Shown piece by piece: positions 22,201 through 31,542 of a stretch of DNA of 64,000 bases (positions are counted from its first letter, which is position 1; each line of letters starts with the position of its first letter). Where the stretch lies: NCBI GenBank assembly GCA_963718525.1, contig OY970355.1:1248001-1312000 (forward strand), written 5' to 3'. The notes under the pieces are model-generated. The model saw nothing but the letters and a program-made list of their open reading frames with translations, was not told the origin of the DNA and ran no database searches. Position numbers and translations under genes: made by a program. The DNA comes from Candidatus Dormiibacterota bacterium. GTDB lineage: Bacteria; Chloroflexota; Dormibacteria; Aeolococcales; Aeolococcaceae.

Positions 22201-23415
22201 GCACCGCTGTCCCGGGACGCCTGCTCGCCTCACTCAACGACCAGCTGCTCACCTTCCCCAAGCACTTCACGCCGAACACCAAGCTGCTGCGGCAGATGGA
22301 TCGTCGCAAGACGGCAATGCTCGAGGGAGTCATCGACTGGGGCACCGCCGAAGCGCTCGCGTTCGCGTCACTGATCACACAGGGTCATCCCATCCGGCTG
22401 ACCGGGCAGGACACCGTGCGCGGCACGTTCAGCCATCGTCACCTTGCGTTTCACGATGAGCGCACCGGGGAAATATTCATACCGATGCAGCACCTCACCG
22501 ATGCGCAGGCCACGTTCGAGGTCCTCAACAGTCCGCTCAGCGAGGTTGGCTGTCTCGGATTCGAGTACGGCTACAGCGCGGCGGACCCTGAGACCCTGGT
22601 CATCTGGGAAGCGCAGTACGGCGATTTCTTCAACAACGCCGAGATGATCGTCGACCAGTTCGTCTCGTCGGCTCGTGCCAAATGGGGTCAGCACTCGCGC
22701 TTGACCATGCTGCTGCCGCACGGCTATGAGGGCAGCGGTCCCGAGCATTCGAGCGCGCGGATCGAGCGTTTCCTGCAACTCTGCGCGAACGACAACATGC
22801 GCCTCGTCAACTGCACAACCAGTGCGCAGTATTTCCATCTGATGCGCAGCCAAGGACTGCTCAACGACCCCCGGCCGTTGATCGTGTTCACGCCGAAGAG
22901 CCTGCTGCGCTTGAAGGAGGCAACCTCGAAGCTTTCGGAGCTCAGCACCGGCAGGTTCCAGCCGGTGATCGACGATCCGACGGGCTCGGAGCGACGCGAC
23001 GAGGTGCGCTCGCTGCTGCTCTGCTCGGGACGCATCTATTACGAGCTCAGCCTTGCGCCGCAACGAGTAGAGTCCCGCGACGTCGCGATCGCGCGAGTTC
23101 GAGCAACTCTATCCGCTGCCGATCGAGGCAATCCTCGAGCTGGTCGCCTCCTACCCGAAGCTCGAGCGTCTGTACTGGGTCCAGGAGGAGCCGCAGAACA
23201 TGGGCGCATGGGGGAGCCTCGAGCGCGCTCTCGGCCTGGCTCGACCGTCGTCCATCCAGTGGGACTACATCGGCAGACCGCGCCGCGCGAGTCCGTCAGA
23301 GGGCTACGCGGGCTCACATCAGCTCGAGCAGGAACGTATCGTCACCGAGGCGTTCTCCACCTCGCGGCGCGATCGGAACGCATCGCTGGCCGCCGTCCCC
23401 GCCACCAGCGCATGA
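19290..23415 (+). CDS. sucA: Multifunctional 2-oxoglutarate dehydrogenase (lipoyl + E3-binding + E2 succinyltransferase + E1), frameshifted near 23098
   Basis: Lipoyl TDKVDVEVP, PSBD GSGPGG.VTKGDV, E2 TYDHRVIQG, E1 HGDAAFAGQG, GHNEGD, PEHSSAR. The C-terminus EQLYP...VQEEPQNMGAW...SPSEG continues in the next frame to a stop at 23415. Confidence 0.92.
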
Positions 23416-24779
23416 CTCAGCGCGTCGTGGTGCTCGGCGGAGGTCCCGCCGGAGATGTCGCCGCGCTTCGCGCCGCACAGCTCGGCGCCGAGGTGACGCT
23501 TATCGAACGGGCCGAACTGGGTGGGACGTGCCTCAACTGGGGCTGCATCCCGACCAAGTCGCTGCTGGCCGGAGCCGATCTGCTGCGCAAGATTCGCGCC
23601 GCCGCGTCGTTCGGCATCCGCGTTCCCGAACCAGAGATCGACTTCCCGCGCATGATGGAACGCAAGGAAGAGATCGTGCTGACCATGCGCAAGGGCGTCG
23701 AGGCCGCGTGCAAGCGCAAGGGGGTCAAGGTCGTTCGCGCCCAGGGCGTGGTCGACGGCGACGCGGTCGTCACCGGCGACGAACGCCACGAGTTCGATCA
23801 CCTCATCGTCTGCGTGGGCACCGAGGCTTCTGGCCTTCCCGGCATCGACATGGACCATCCGCGTGTGGTGACCTCAGACGGCATCCTCCGCCTGGAGCGA
23901 ATCCCCGACCACATGCTCGTGATCGGGGGCGGCGTCGTTGGATGCGAATTCGCGAGCCTCTTCGCAGCGCTCGGATCGAAGGTCACCGTCGTCGAGGTGC
24001 TCCCCCAGGTCCTGGCCGGTGTGGATGCGCGCATCGTCCAGCAGTGGCGCCGCATCGTCGAGAAGCAGGAAATCACCTTTCTCCCGGGACGCCGTGTCGC
24101 ATCGGTCGAGTACGCCACGGATTCGGTGAAGGCTCACCTCGACGACGGCACTGCCATCGACGCCGACCTGCTGCTCATCTCGGTCGGACGTCGTTCACAG
24201 ACCCGCGGCATCGGCCTCGAAGACGCGGGCGTCATCATCAGCGACCGCGACCACATCGAGGTGGACGCGTTCCTGCGAACCGCCAACCCGAAGATCTGGG
24301 GCGCCGGTGATTGCATCGGCGGCCTCCAGCTGGCCCATCTCGGCAGCGCGGAAGGCGGGCGCGCGGTCGAGAACGCGCTCGGCCATGAGGTGATGCCGAT
24401 GGACCGTACCGTAGTGCCCTCGTGCATCTACACCCACCCTGAAATTGCCATGGTTGGCCTGAACCCGGAAGCGGCGAAGGCCGCCGGTATCGAGCTCAAG
24501 CTCGGCCAGGCGCGTTACCTCGGCAACGGTAAAGCCCTCGGCGAAGGTGAGCCCGACGGCCTCGCTCAGCTGTACGCCGACGCGGCAACCGACCAACTCG
24601 TCGGCGCCACCGTCATGGGTGTCCACGCGGTCGAGATCATCCACGAAGTCGGCGTCGCCATCAGCGACGGCCTGTCGATGGACGACCTGGGCTCGATCAT
24701 CCACGCGCATCCCACTGTCAGCGAACTGATCATGGACGCGGCCGAACAAGGCGAAGGCGTCGCTCCATATCTGAGCTGA
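23412..24779 (+). CDS. lpdA: Dihydrolipoamide dehydrogenase (E3)
   Basis: ATGA overlap with the sucA stop; GGGPAG, GGTCLNWGCIPTK, GGGVVGCE, HAHPT.SE. Confidence 0.95.
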   Translation: MTQRVVVLGGGPAGDVAALRAAQLGAEVTLIERAELGGTCLNWGCIPTKSLLAGADLLRKIRAAASFGIRVPEPEIDFPRMMERKEEIVLTMRKGVEAACKRKGVKVVRAQGVVDGDAVVTGDERHEFDHLIVCVGTEASGLPGIDMDHPRVVTSDGILRLERIPDHMLVIGGGVVGCEFASLFAALGSKVTVVEVLPQVLAGVDARIVQQWRRIVEKQEITFLPGRRVASVEYATDSVKAHLDDGTAIDADLLLISVGRRSQTRGIGLEDAGVIISDRDHIEVDAFLRTANPKIWGAGDCIGGLQLAHLGSAEGGRAVENALGHEVMPMDRTVVPSCIYTHPEIAMVGLNPEAAKAAGIELKLGQARYLGNGKALGEGEPDGLAQLYADAATDQLVGATVMGVHAVEIIHEVGVAISDGLSMDDLGSIIHAHPTVSELIMDAAEQGEGVAPYLS

Positions 24780-24793
24780 ACGCGCTGCTCCGC

Positions 24794-24916
24794 GGGGCGG
24801 GAGGGGTCACCCGCGCCACTGCTCAGCTTGTCAGCGCCCTCGTTCGCGCAAGCAGATTGTCGCGCTCGCTCGGGCGCTGCCAAATTCGCGGTGGCGCGGG
24901 TGACCCCTCCCGCCCC
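24794..24916. repeat. 26-bp perfect inverted repeat with structured 71-bp spacer (REP-doublet/MITE-like)
   Basis: GGGGCGGGAGGGGTCACCCGCGCCAC (24794-24819) and its reverse complement (24891-24916); inner stem CAGCGCCC/GGGCGCTG. Confidence 0.8.
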
Positions 24917-24931
24917 AGACGCACGCTCAGT

Positions 24932-25342
24932 TCAGGACGTCGCTGTTTTGCGGAGACGCTCGTCGCGGCGCCTGCGGTTTCGCATCCGCAGCGCGATGAC
25001 TAGGACACGCCCCTCGAACCAAGTCCCCCACCCAGTCGCGAGCGCAGCGGCGAGCAGGAGGGCACCGAGCCAGCGCGGCGTCAGGACGACGATCGTGACG
25101 CCTGCGACCAGGAGGACCGTGGTGGCGGTCAGGAGCGCGACGGTCAGCAACGCGCGCCACGTGAGCAGGATGGAGTTCCTGACCGCAATGACCGCCGCCT
25201 CCGCGTCGATGCGAGCTTTTGGCGCGGCGCCGGGCACCGGTTGACCACCCGCAAAGGCCCGCCTCCGGCTGGTGGCGATTCGCCAGAAAAAGAGGCTCGC
25301 CGCAAGCCGGGCGAGGAGCCTGATCACGATGGCCCACGGCAT
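24932..25342 (-). CDS. Hypothetical membrane protein
   Basis: Hydrophobic helices; GAGG RBS upstream of the ATG. Confidence 0.55.
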   Translation of the reverse strand: MPWAIVIRLLARLAASLFFWRIATSRRRAFAGGQPVPGAAPKARIDAEAAVIAVRNSILLTWRALLTVALLTATTVLLVAGVTIVVLTPRWLGALLLAAALATGWGTWFEGRVLVIALRMRNRRRRDERLRKTATS

Positions 25343-25389
25343 GTCCTCATGCTACAGTCGCCGGGCGTTTCAACCGTGGGAGCAACGAG

Positions 25390-25617
25390 ATGATTCGTGC
25401 GTACGTGCTCGTGACCGCGAGCGCCGGCAAGGCACAACACGTGGCTGATGCCCTGAGAGGCACTGACGGCATCGTCCTGGTCGACGCGATCACCGGCGAA
25501 TATGACGTCATCGCCCAGGTCGAGGCAAAGGATGTCCCAGGCATCGGGCGCGTCATCCTTGATCGGATCCAGTCTGCGGACGGCGTGGTCAAGACGATCA
25601 CGTGCCTCGCGGTCTGA
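25390..25617 (+). CDS. Stand-alone Lrp/AsnC ligand-binding (RAM) domain protein
   Basis: RAYVLV, ITGEYDVIA, I....GVVKTIT; no HTH. Confidence 0.85.
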   Translation: MIRAYVLVTASAGKAQHVADALRGTDGIVLVDAITGEYDVIAQVEAKDVPGIGRVILDRIQSADGVVKTITCLAV

Positions 25618-25660
25618 CCCGGACGCGGCCACAGACGTCGGGAACCCTGGCCTGGGCGGA

Positions 25661-26464
25661 CTGACCACCCTCTACGGGGCAGCGCTCGGGCGCATCCGCG
25701 CCAGCGCGCGTCTTCGCCGGTCGCTGGTGTCGTGGTCGATGCTTGGGCTCATCCTGGGCGAAGCCCTGTCGGGTGACGTGGCGCTCGTGCACGACCATGG
25801 GACGCTGATCCTGGCGCTCGTCGCCACCGCCATCTGGTGGGTCCTGGTGACGATCGGTGTCATCGGCGGTGCCGCGCTGCTACGAACACCGGACGGAACG
25901 CCAGTCGATCGCTACGGGATCCCCAACGGGCTGACGGCGCTCCGCGGATACGCGTGCGTTCCGGTGCTGCTGATGGGGACGCTCTCGCTGCCGGGGCGTC
26001 TCGGGCTGGCGCTCTGGGGCAGCATCGGCGGGTCGGTGGGGCTGCTGGATGCGGTCGACGGGTTCATCGCCCGCCGCTACGGTCCGGTGACGGTGCTCGG
26101 CAAGGCGATGGACCCATTCGGTGATGCCCTGTACTTCGTCGTCGGGGCGATCGGGTCCTGGGCGCTCGGGATCGTCCCACTCTGGCTCGCCGTCCTGATC
26201 GTGGCCCGGTATCTTGGACCGGTCCTGCTGACCCCGATCGTGCTGATGACCGGACGCCGCCCGGAACTGGTTTACACGGTCTGGGGACGGCGCAACACGA
26301 TCCTCACCGGCATCGTGCTCTTCATCCTGTACTGGGTCCGGCTCTTCGGCGGACCCGTCGACATCCTGGCGCTGATCCTCGCGCTCCCAACCCTCGTGCC
26401 CACGGCGCTGCTGCACTTTGCGGCGCTCTTCCAGCGGGTCGCGGCCTCGCCGCGGGCACGATGA
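25661..26464 (+). CDS. CDP-alcohol phosphatidyltransferase family protein (start uncertain)
   Basis: IPNGLTALR and D.VDGFIARR.G..T.LGK.MDPFGD signature. Confidence 0.8.
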   Translation: MTTLYGAALGRIRASARLRRSLVSWSMLGLILGEALSGDVALVHDHGTLILALVATAIWWVLVTIGVIGGAALLRTPDGTPVDRYGIPNGLTALRGYACVPVLLMGTLSLPGRLGLALWGSIGGSVGLLDAVDGFIARRYGPVTVLGKAMDPFGDALYFVVGAIGSWALGIVPLWLAVLIVARYLGPVLLTPIVLMTGRRPELVYTVWGRRNTILTGIVLFILYWVRLFGGPVDILALILALPTLVPTALLHFAALFQRVAASPRAR

Positions 26465-26473
26465 CGAATCGGG

Positions 26474-26815
26474 TCAGGATGCGGCGGGGCGGAGCGTGTC
26501 TCGCAGGTGCATCAGCCAGCCGGCCGGGGTGACCCCGCTCGCACCAGGGACGTAATTGCAATCGAACCCGTCGGCGAGGACGCGCGTGAGTCCGTCGTCG
26601 TCGAATCCCGCGCCGAGCAACCGGTCGATGTCGCTCGCGGCGTCGGCAACGGTGTCGGGGGACGCGTCGTCCGCGAACGCATGCACGGCGGCGTCCGGGG
26701 TCGCGTGATCCTGCCGCCAATCCTGGTGGTAGTAGCCGGCGAGGAGCTGGGCGAGCGCGGGGTAGTCGGTGGCCGCGCTGTCGATCGCGTTGTCGATATC
26801 GATGGTGCCGTTCAT
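26474..26815 (-). CDS. CdiI-like immunity protein
   Basis: YPALAQLLAGYYHQDW motif; small acidic protein directly downstream of the toxin; AAGGAG RBS. Confidence 0.8.
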   Translation of the reverse strand: MNGTIDIDNAIDSAATDYPALAQLLAGYYHQDWRQDHATPDAAVHAFADDASPDTVADAASDIDRLLGAGFDDDGLTRVLADGFDCNYVPGASGVTPAGWLMHLRDTLRPAAS

Positions 26816-26817
26816 TG

Positions 26818-27297
26818 TCAGCGCTCCTTGTGTCTCTTGTCCCGATAGGGGGACCGGGTCGGATAGGCGGTCACGAGCGTGAACCCGCCAGGCAGCTCGT
26901 CGTTGCGGCGCAGGACCAGGCGAACAGCCGTCACCTGCGTGGGGACCACCACGCCACGGCTGACCTCCGCGTAGGTGAGCACGTGACCGACCACCTCGCC
27001 CATGTCCTCGACGAACGTGAACGGTGCGCCCTTGTCCCTGCCCCCGAGCCACGCGGCGATGTCGTTGCTGCGCCGTGTGACCGCGATGTCGACGCAGCGT
27101 TGCGCGGTTGCCCGGCTCACGAACCGGCCCGCAGCTGCCACGCCCTCGCGGAGGATGCGGCGCATCTCGTCGCCCGGCCGGGTATCGACGTGACGTCTCA
27201 GCGTATGCCCACCTCGACCCTCGTAGACGCTGAGGTCCTCGACCGGGATCCGGCGAGGGCGAGGCCCTGGAACCGGCCGGTCAATGCCATCGAGCAT
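26818..27297 (-). CDS. Stand-alone CdiA-CT RNase A-like toxin domain
   Basis: DL..YE..GGHTL.RHV, RF.S..TA, IAAWL, VRLVL, LVTAYP. GGAGG RBS before ATG 27297. Confidence 0.8.
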   Translation of the reverse strand: MLDGIDRPVPGPRPRRIPVEDLSVYEGRGGHTLRRHVDTRPGDEMRRILREGVAAAGRFVSRATAQRCVDIAVTRRSNDIAAWLGGRDKGAPFTFVEDMGEVVGHVLTYAEVSRGVVVPTQVTAVRLVLRRNDELPGGFTLVTAYPTRSPYRDKRHKER

Positions 27298-27425
27298 GCG
27301 TATGTCCTCCCGCGCCTGTCGCTGAGCGGCGTGTGATCGCCGCGATAGGCCGCAGTCTCCCCGGGCTCGGCGGACACGGCGCAGACGTTTGAGCGGACCA
27401 CGCACGAACGCATAATCACCGCGCA

Positions 27426-28454
27426 GTGCTCGCAATCCTCAAGCCGGCGCCTGCGCCGGGGTTCGTCGTCGGCGACGTCCCGATGCCCGCACCGGCGGCC
27501 GGTCAGGTGCTGCTCCGTGTCGCCGCGGCGTCAGTGTGCGGCACCGACGTGCATCTCTATGACTGGAATCCCTGGGCTGCTGCGCGCGTCCACCCTCCAC
27601 GGGTCGTCGGACACGAGGTCTGCGGCGAAGTGGTGGCGTGGGGCGAGAACGTCCACGGTCCAGCACTCGGGAGTCGCGTCGCGGTCGAGTCGCACATCGT
27701 CTGCGGCTACTGCGACGAGTGCCGTCGTGGCGACTTTCACGTGTGCGAGAACACCCGCATCCTCGGCGTCGATGTCGACGGAGCCTTCGCGACCCATCTC
27801 GCGCTGCCGGTCGCGAACGTGTGGCCCGTCGGCGACGCGGTATCGCCGGATGTCGCGGCTGCGATGGAGCCGTTCGGCAACGCGGTGCACGCGTGCTCGT
27901 ACGGCGACCTCAACGGACGGACGGTGGTGGTGTTCGGTTGCGGTCCGATCGGGTGCGCGGCGATTGCGGTGGCCCGAGTCCGAGGGGCAGCGCGCGTCGT
28001 CGGCGTCGACCGCAACACGTATCGACTCAACCTGGCGGAGCGCATGGGGGCCAATGCCATCGTCCAGGCCGGCGATGAGGCCGTTGACGAGGCGGTGCGT
28101 CGAGCGGCCGGAGGCGCCATCGACTGCGTGCTCGAGATGAGCGGATCCCCTGTCGCGGTCGCGTCGGCGACGCGGCTCGTCCGCCCGGGGGGCTGGATCA
28201 GCCTGCTCGGCATCGGCGACGGGCCGGATGTCGTCGATCTCTCCAGCGACGTGGTCATGAAGGGCTTGAGCATCTACGGCGTCGCCGGGCGGCGCATTCC
28301 CGAAACCTGGGAGCAGGTGACCGCATACGTCCAGGACGGCGCGGTCGACGTGCGCGCGCTGATCACGCACCGCTTCGCGCTCCATGACATCGATGGCGCC
28401 ATCGAACTGATGAAGTCGGGGCAGTGCGGCAAGGTGACCCTCACGCCCGAATAG
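27426..28454 (+). CDS. tdh: L-threonine 3-dehydrogenase
   Basis: CGTDVHLYDW, GHE, ESHIVCG.C..C...HVC, MEPFGNAVH, LEMSG; adjacent to kbl. Confidence 0.9.
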   Translation: MLAILKPAPAPGFVVGDVPMPAPAAGQVLLRVAAASVCGTDVHLYDWNPWAAARVHPPRVVGHEVCGEVVAWGENVHGPALGSRVAVESHIVCGYCDECRRGDFHVCENTRILGVDVDGAFATHLALPVANVWPVGDAVSPDVAAAMEPFGNAVHACSYGDLNGRTVVVFGCGPIGCAAIAVARVRGAARVVGVDRNTYRLNLAERMGANAIVQAGDEAVDEAVRRAAGGAIDCVLEMSGSPVAVASATRLVRPGGWISLLGIGDGPDVVDLSSDVVMKGLSIYGVAGRRIPETWEQVTAYVQDGAVDVRALITHRFALHDIDGAIELMKSGQCGKVTLTPE

Positions 28455-28479
28455 CGGCACGGAGGGTATCGTTGGTTTC

Positions 28480-29712
28480 ATGGTCATGAGTACGAGTGCG
28501 TCCCAGGCCGTCCGGGCGCTCGACGCGTCGCTGAACGAGGATCTCGAGGCCCTGCGTCGCGAGGGGTTGATGCGTCCGTTGCGTGTGCTCGAATCGGCGC
28601 AGGGACCCGAGGTGGATATCGCCGGCAAGGCCGTGATCAGCCTTTCCAGCAACAACTATCTCGGTCTCAACACGCATCCGCAACTCGTGGAGGCGGCCTC
28701 GCGCGCGGCGCTGGAATGGGGTGCGGGCACTGGAGCGGTGCGCACCATCGCGGGGACCCAGACGCTCCACGAAGAGTTGGAGCGCCGGTTGGCAGCCTTC
28801 AAGCGCACCGATGCGTCGCTCACCTTCCAGAGCGGGTATGCGGTGAACGTCGGCGTCATCGGGTCCATGCTCGATGCGGGGGACTGTGTCGTCAGCGACA
28901 AGCTCAACCACGCGAGCATCATCGACGGGATCCGGTTGACCAAAGCCGAACGAATCCTCTACGAGCACGCCGATCCGGAGGATGCCGAGCGCGCGCTCAG
29001 TGAGGCTCGGGGTAAGGGATATCGCCGCATCCTGCTGGTGACGGACGGTGTCTTCAGCATGGACGGCGACATCGCACCGCTTCCCGATCTGGTGGAACGA
29101 GCGGAGCAGTACGGCGCTGCGGTGATGGTCGACGACGCGCATGCCACCGGCGTGCTCGGTACCAACGGGCGGGGCACCACCGACCACTTCGGCCTCCACG
29201 GCAGGGTCGCCTTGAACATCGGCACCTTGAGCAAGGCGATCGGCGTGGTGGGTGGCTACGTCGCGGCGTCGCAGGTTGTCCGCGATCACCTGATCCACAA
29301 GTCGCGGCCGTTCCTGTTCTCGTCCTCGCATCCGCCGGCGGTGGTTGCCGCATGCATCGCCGCCATCGACGTGCTCGAGCAGGAGCCGGAGCTCATCGAA
29401 CAGCTCTGGAGCAACACGCGTCACTTCAAGAGCGGACTCCGCGAGCTCGGCTTCGATATCGGCGAGAGCGAAACGCCGATCACACCGGTGATGTGCGGCG
29501 AGGCCCCGGTCGCGATGGAGCTGTCGGACCGGCTCCTCGAGCGGGGAGTCTTCGCCCAGGGCATCGGTTTTCCGACCGTTGCGCGTGGCCGGGCGCGGGT
29601 GCGCACGATCGTCTGCGCGACCCACACCCACGCGCAACTCGACCGTGCGCTGCTCGCGTTCGAGGAGGTCGGCACCCGCCTCGGACTGATCGGAGCGCGC
29701 CGTCAGGCGTAA
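28480..29712 (+). CDS. kbl: Glycine C-acetyltransferase (2-amino-3-ketobutyrate CoA ligase)
   Basis: SSNNYLGL, GAVRTIAGT, LNHASIIDG, DGVFSMDGD, GTLSKA.G, SRPFLFS. Confidence 0.88.
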   Translation: MVMSTSASQAVRALDASLNEDLEALRREGLMRPLRVLESAQGPEVDIAGKAVISLSSNNYLGLNTHPQLVEAASRAALEWGAGTGAVRTIAGTQTLHEELERRLAAFKRTDASLTFQSGYAVNVGVIGSMLDAGDCVVSDKLNHASIIDGIRLTKAERILYEHADPEDAERALSEARGKGYRRILLVTDGVFSMDGDIAPLPDLVERAEQYGAAVMVDDAHATGVLGTNGRGTTDHFGLHGRVALNIGTLSKAIGVVGGYVAASQVVRDHLIHKSRPFLFSSSHPPAVVAACIAAIDVLEQEPELIEQLWSNTRHFKSGLRELGFDIGESETPITPVMCGEAPVAMELSDRLLERGVFAQGIGFPTVARGRARVRTIVCATHTHAQLDRALLAFEEVGTRLGLIGARRQA

Positions 29713-29721
29713 CGCGATGGT

Positions 29722-29747
29722 CCCAACACGCTTCTGCGAGTTGCGTT
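29722..29747 (+). promoter_or_regulatory. Putative ECF autoregulatory promoter
   Basis: CCCAAC-N16-CGTT about 25 bp upstream of the ECF sigma gene. Confidence 0.45.
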
Positions 29748-29772
29748 CTTCGCGGGGAATGCGGCGCTAGCG

Positions 29773-30354
29773 ATGGCTCATCGCTCCGCTGCCGAGCTCG
29801 AGGAGGAGCGGCTGGAGATCCTGGCCGCGCAGCGTGACCGGGCGGCGTTCGCGACGCTCTATGAACGCTACGTCGACCAGATCCACGCCTACGTCTACAC
29901 ACTCACACACGACATGGAGCAGGCCGACGACGTGACCGCAGCGACTTTCGCAAAGGCTCTCGAAGAGCTCCCGCGCTTCCAGTGGCGCGGGGTTCCATAC
30001 TCCGCATGGCTGTATCGGGTGGCGGCCAACCTGGTCTCGAGGGAGCGCCGGCGCCCGGGCTGGATCGAGCTCGAGCCCCGAATGCTTCCCGACGCCGCGG
30101 CGGATCCCGCGGTGCACGCGGAGGAGGACGATCGGGCCGACGAAGTCCGGGCGGCCGTCGCCCGCCTGCCCCACGACCAGCGGCAGGTGATCCTGCTGCG
30201 CTTCGGCGGCGACCTGCGCAACCGGGAGATCGCCGACCTCATGGGGAGGAGCGAGGGGGCAGTGAAGCTGCTGACCTTCCGAGCCCTGACCGCGCTCCGG
30301 CGCCGCCTCGGCGCCCCGACGCCGGCCGAACGCCTCTCGAGATCCGGATCGTGA
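29773..30354 (+). CDS. ECF RNA polymerase sigma-70 factor
   Basis: AFATLYERY, DDVTAATF, AWLYRVA.N, LP.DQRQVILLRF, EIA..MG.SEGAVK. Confidence 0.92.
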   Translation: MAHRSAAELEEERLEILAAQRDRAAFATLYERYVDQIHAYVYTLTHDMEQADDVTAATFAKALEELPRFQWRGVPYSAWLYRVAANLVSRERRRPGWIELEPRMLPDAAADPAVHAEEDDRADEVRAAVARLPHDQRQVILLRFGGDLRNREIADLMGRSEGAVKLLTFRALTALRRRLGAPTPAERLSRSGS

Positions 30355-30686
30355 GCGTCGAGGATCGTCTTGATGCGGCGCTCGGCGGTGACATCCTCGC
30401 CTTCGCCGCAGCGCCAGAGGTTCCGGGTCTGGTCGACACCAGCGACGAAGTCGAGATGGCACTCGCCACCTGGCGGATCGACCCCGAACGGCGAGCGCAG
30501 ATCTACGCCACCGCAATGGCGATCGTCGACGCATCCGGCTTGGGACTGCGCATCCGGGCACTGGGGCTCGACCGCAGGTTCCAGGCGCTGGCCGGCGGTG
30601 CGGTGGTCACGCTCGCTGCGGCGACGGCCGTCAGCGTCGCGATCGCACGAGGGAGGCGCCATAGCCCCGCCGAGCTGAGCGCCTGA
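30351..30686 (+). CDS. Putative short membrane-anchored anti-sigma factor
   Basis: GTGA overlap with the sigma stop; C-terminal TM helix. Confidence 0.55.
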   Translation: MSVEDRLDAALGGDILAFAAAPEVPGLVDTSDEVEMALATWRIDPERRAQIYATAMAIVDASGLGLRIRALGLDRRFQALAGGAVVTLAAATAVSVAIARGRRHSPAELSA

Positions 30687-30694
30687 TCGCACCG

Positions 30695-30868
30695 ATGGAG
30701 CCAGACCCGCAGGTGCCTGATGCGGAGCGAGAGCGCATCCGTCAGCGCGATCGCAAGCGCGAGCGTCGCATGGTGGTCGACAACGCCGGTGTCAAGCGCG
30801 TGCTCCCCGCAGTTGCCGAGAAACGCCGCAAGGCGGCGCTGCCGCCGTCTCACGACTCGACGAGCTGA
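30695..30868 (+). CDS. Small basic hypothetical protein (57 aa)
   Basis: MEPDPQVPDAERERIRQRDRKRERRMVVDNAGVKRVLPAVAEKRRKAALPPSHDSTS; fills the gap directly after the anti-sigma gene. Confidence 0.4.
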   Translation: MEPDPQVPDAERERIRQRDRKRERRMVVDNAGVKRVLPAVAEKRRKAALPPSHDSTS

Positions 30869-31542
30869 CCGCTCAACACCTCGGTGTTGGAGGGGGTCGC
30901 GCTCCCTCCGGCAGGCTCGACCGTCGCCGCGATGCTCTTGTATCCGGCGAGACTGCCCGGTACGACGGCTGTCCACGCACCACCGGCAACTCCGGGGCTG
31001 AGGAAGCCGACAGGCTTCGGTGACCCCTGGCTCGGGATCAACCAGACCTCGTACACCTTCGAAGGGGGGAGTGGCTGGAGGCCCCTGACCGTCAGCACCG
31101 CCTGCGCGGGCTGTGTGTCGACGGCGAGAGTCCCCGTAGCCGTCGTGCCCGAGACGCTGTACGCGACCGGTGCCGGAGCGGCGTTCCTTCCGGCCGCGCC
31201 CCAGATGCCGAGCGCGATCGCTGCCAGCACCGCGGCAGCGCCGATCACGGTGAACGCCCGATTCGCAGGGATCGCGGCGACCATGCGTCGCCACCAGGAA
31301 AGCTGCGGCGAGGCGGTCGCCTCGGCATAGACCTGCGCCATCAGCGAGCGACGCAGGCGAGCCGGCGGCGGAACGAGCTTGAGTGCGGCCGGGAGCAGCG
31401 AGGCGAGATCCGCATACCGCGCTGCGGCCTGCCGGCATTGTCCACAGATCGCAAGGTGGCGCTCCATCAGCTGACGGTCCGCCGCCTCGAGCGCGCCGAC
31501 GGCGTCGAGCGCAAGGAGGTCGGCCACCTCGTCGTGGGTCAT
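30850..31542 (-). CDS. Anti-sigma factor (RskA-like, zinc-binding HxxxCxxC)
   Basis: HLAICGQC, PPP.LR, TM helix, YEVWLI, A.TVEPAGGS.TP. Confidence 0.9.
   Translation of the reverse strand: MTHDEVADLLALDAVGALEAADRQLMERHLAICGQCRQAAARYADLASLLPAALKLVPPPARLRRSLMAQVYAEATASPQLSWWRRMVAAIPANRAFTVIGAAAVLAAIALGIWGAAGRNAAPAPVAYSVSGTTATGTLAVDTQPAQAVLTVRGLQPLPPSKVYEVWLIPSQGSPKPVGFLSPGVAGGAWTAVVPGSLAGYKSIAATVEPAGGSATPSNTEVLSGQLVES

Noticed and set aside
19290-24779. 1829-aa ORF that appears to fuse E2-E1-E3 into one protein
   Set aside because: The conserved E1 C-terminus (EQLYP, QEEP.NMG, SP..G) is in another frame ending at 23415, and lpdA has its own ATGA-coupled start. The fusion results from a 1-nt insertion at about 23098.
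24891-24916. Foldback arm as an antisense regulator of the leader 18-mer (13/18 match)
   Set aside because: This level of similarity between GC-rich sequences can arise by chance, and the arm is locked in its own stem.
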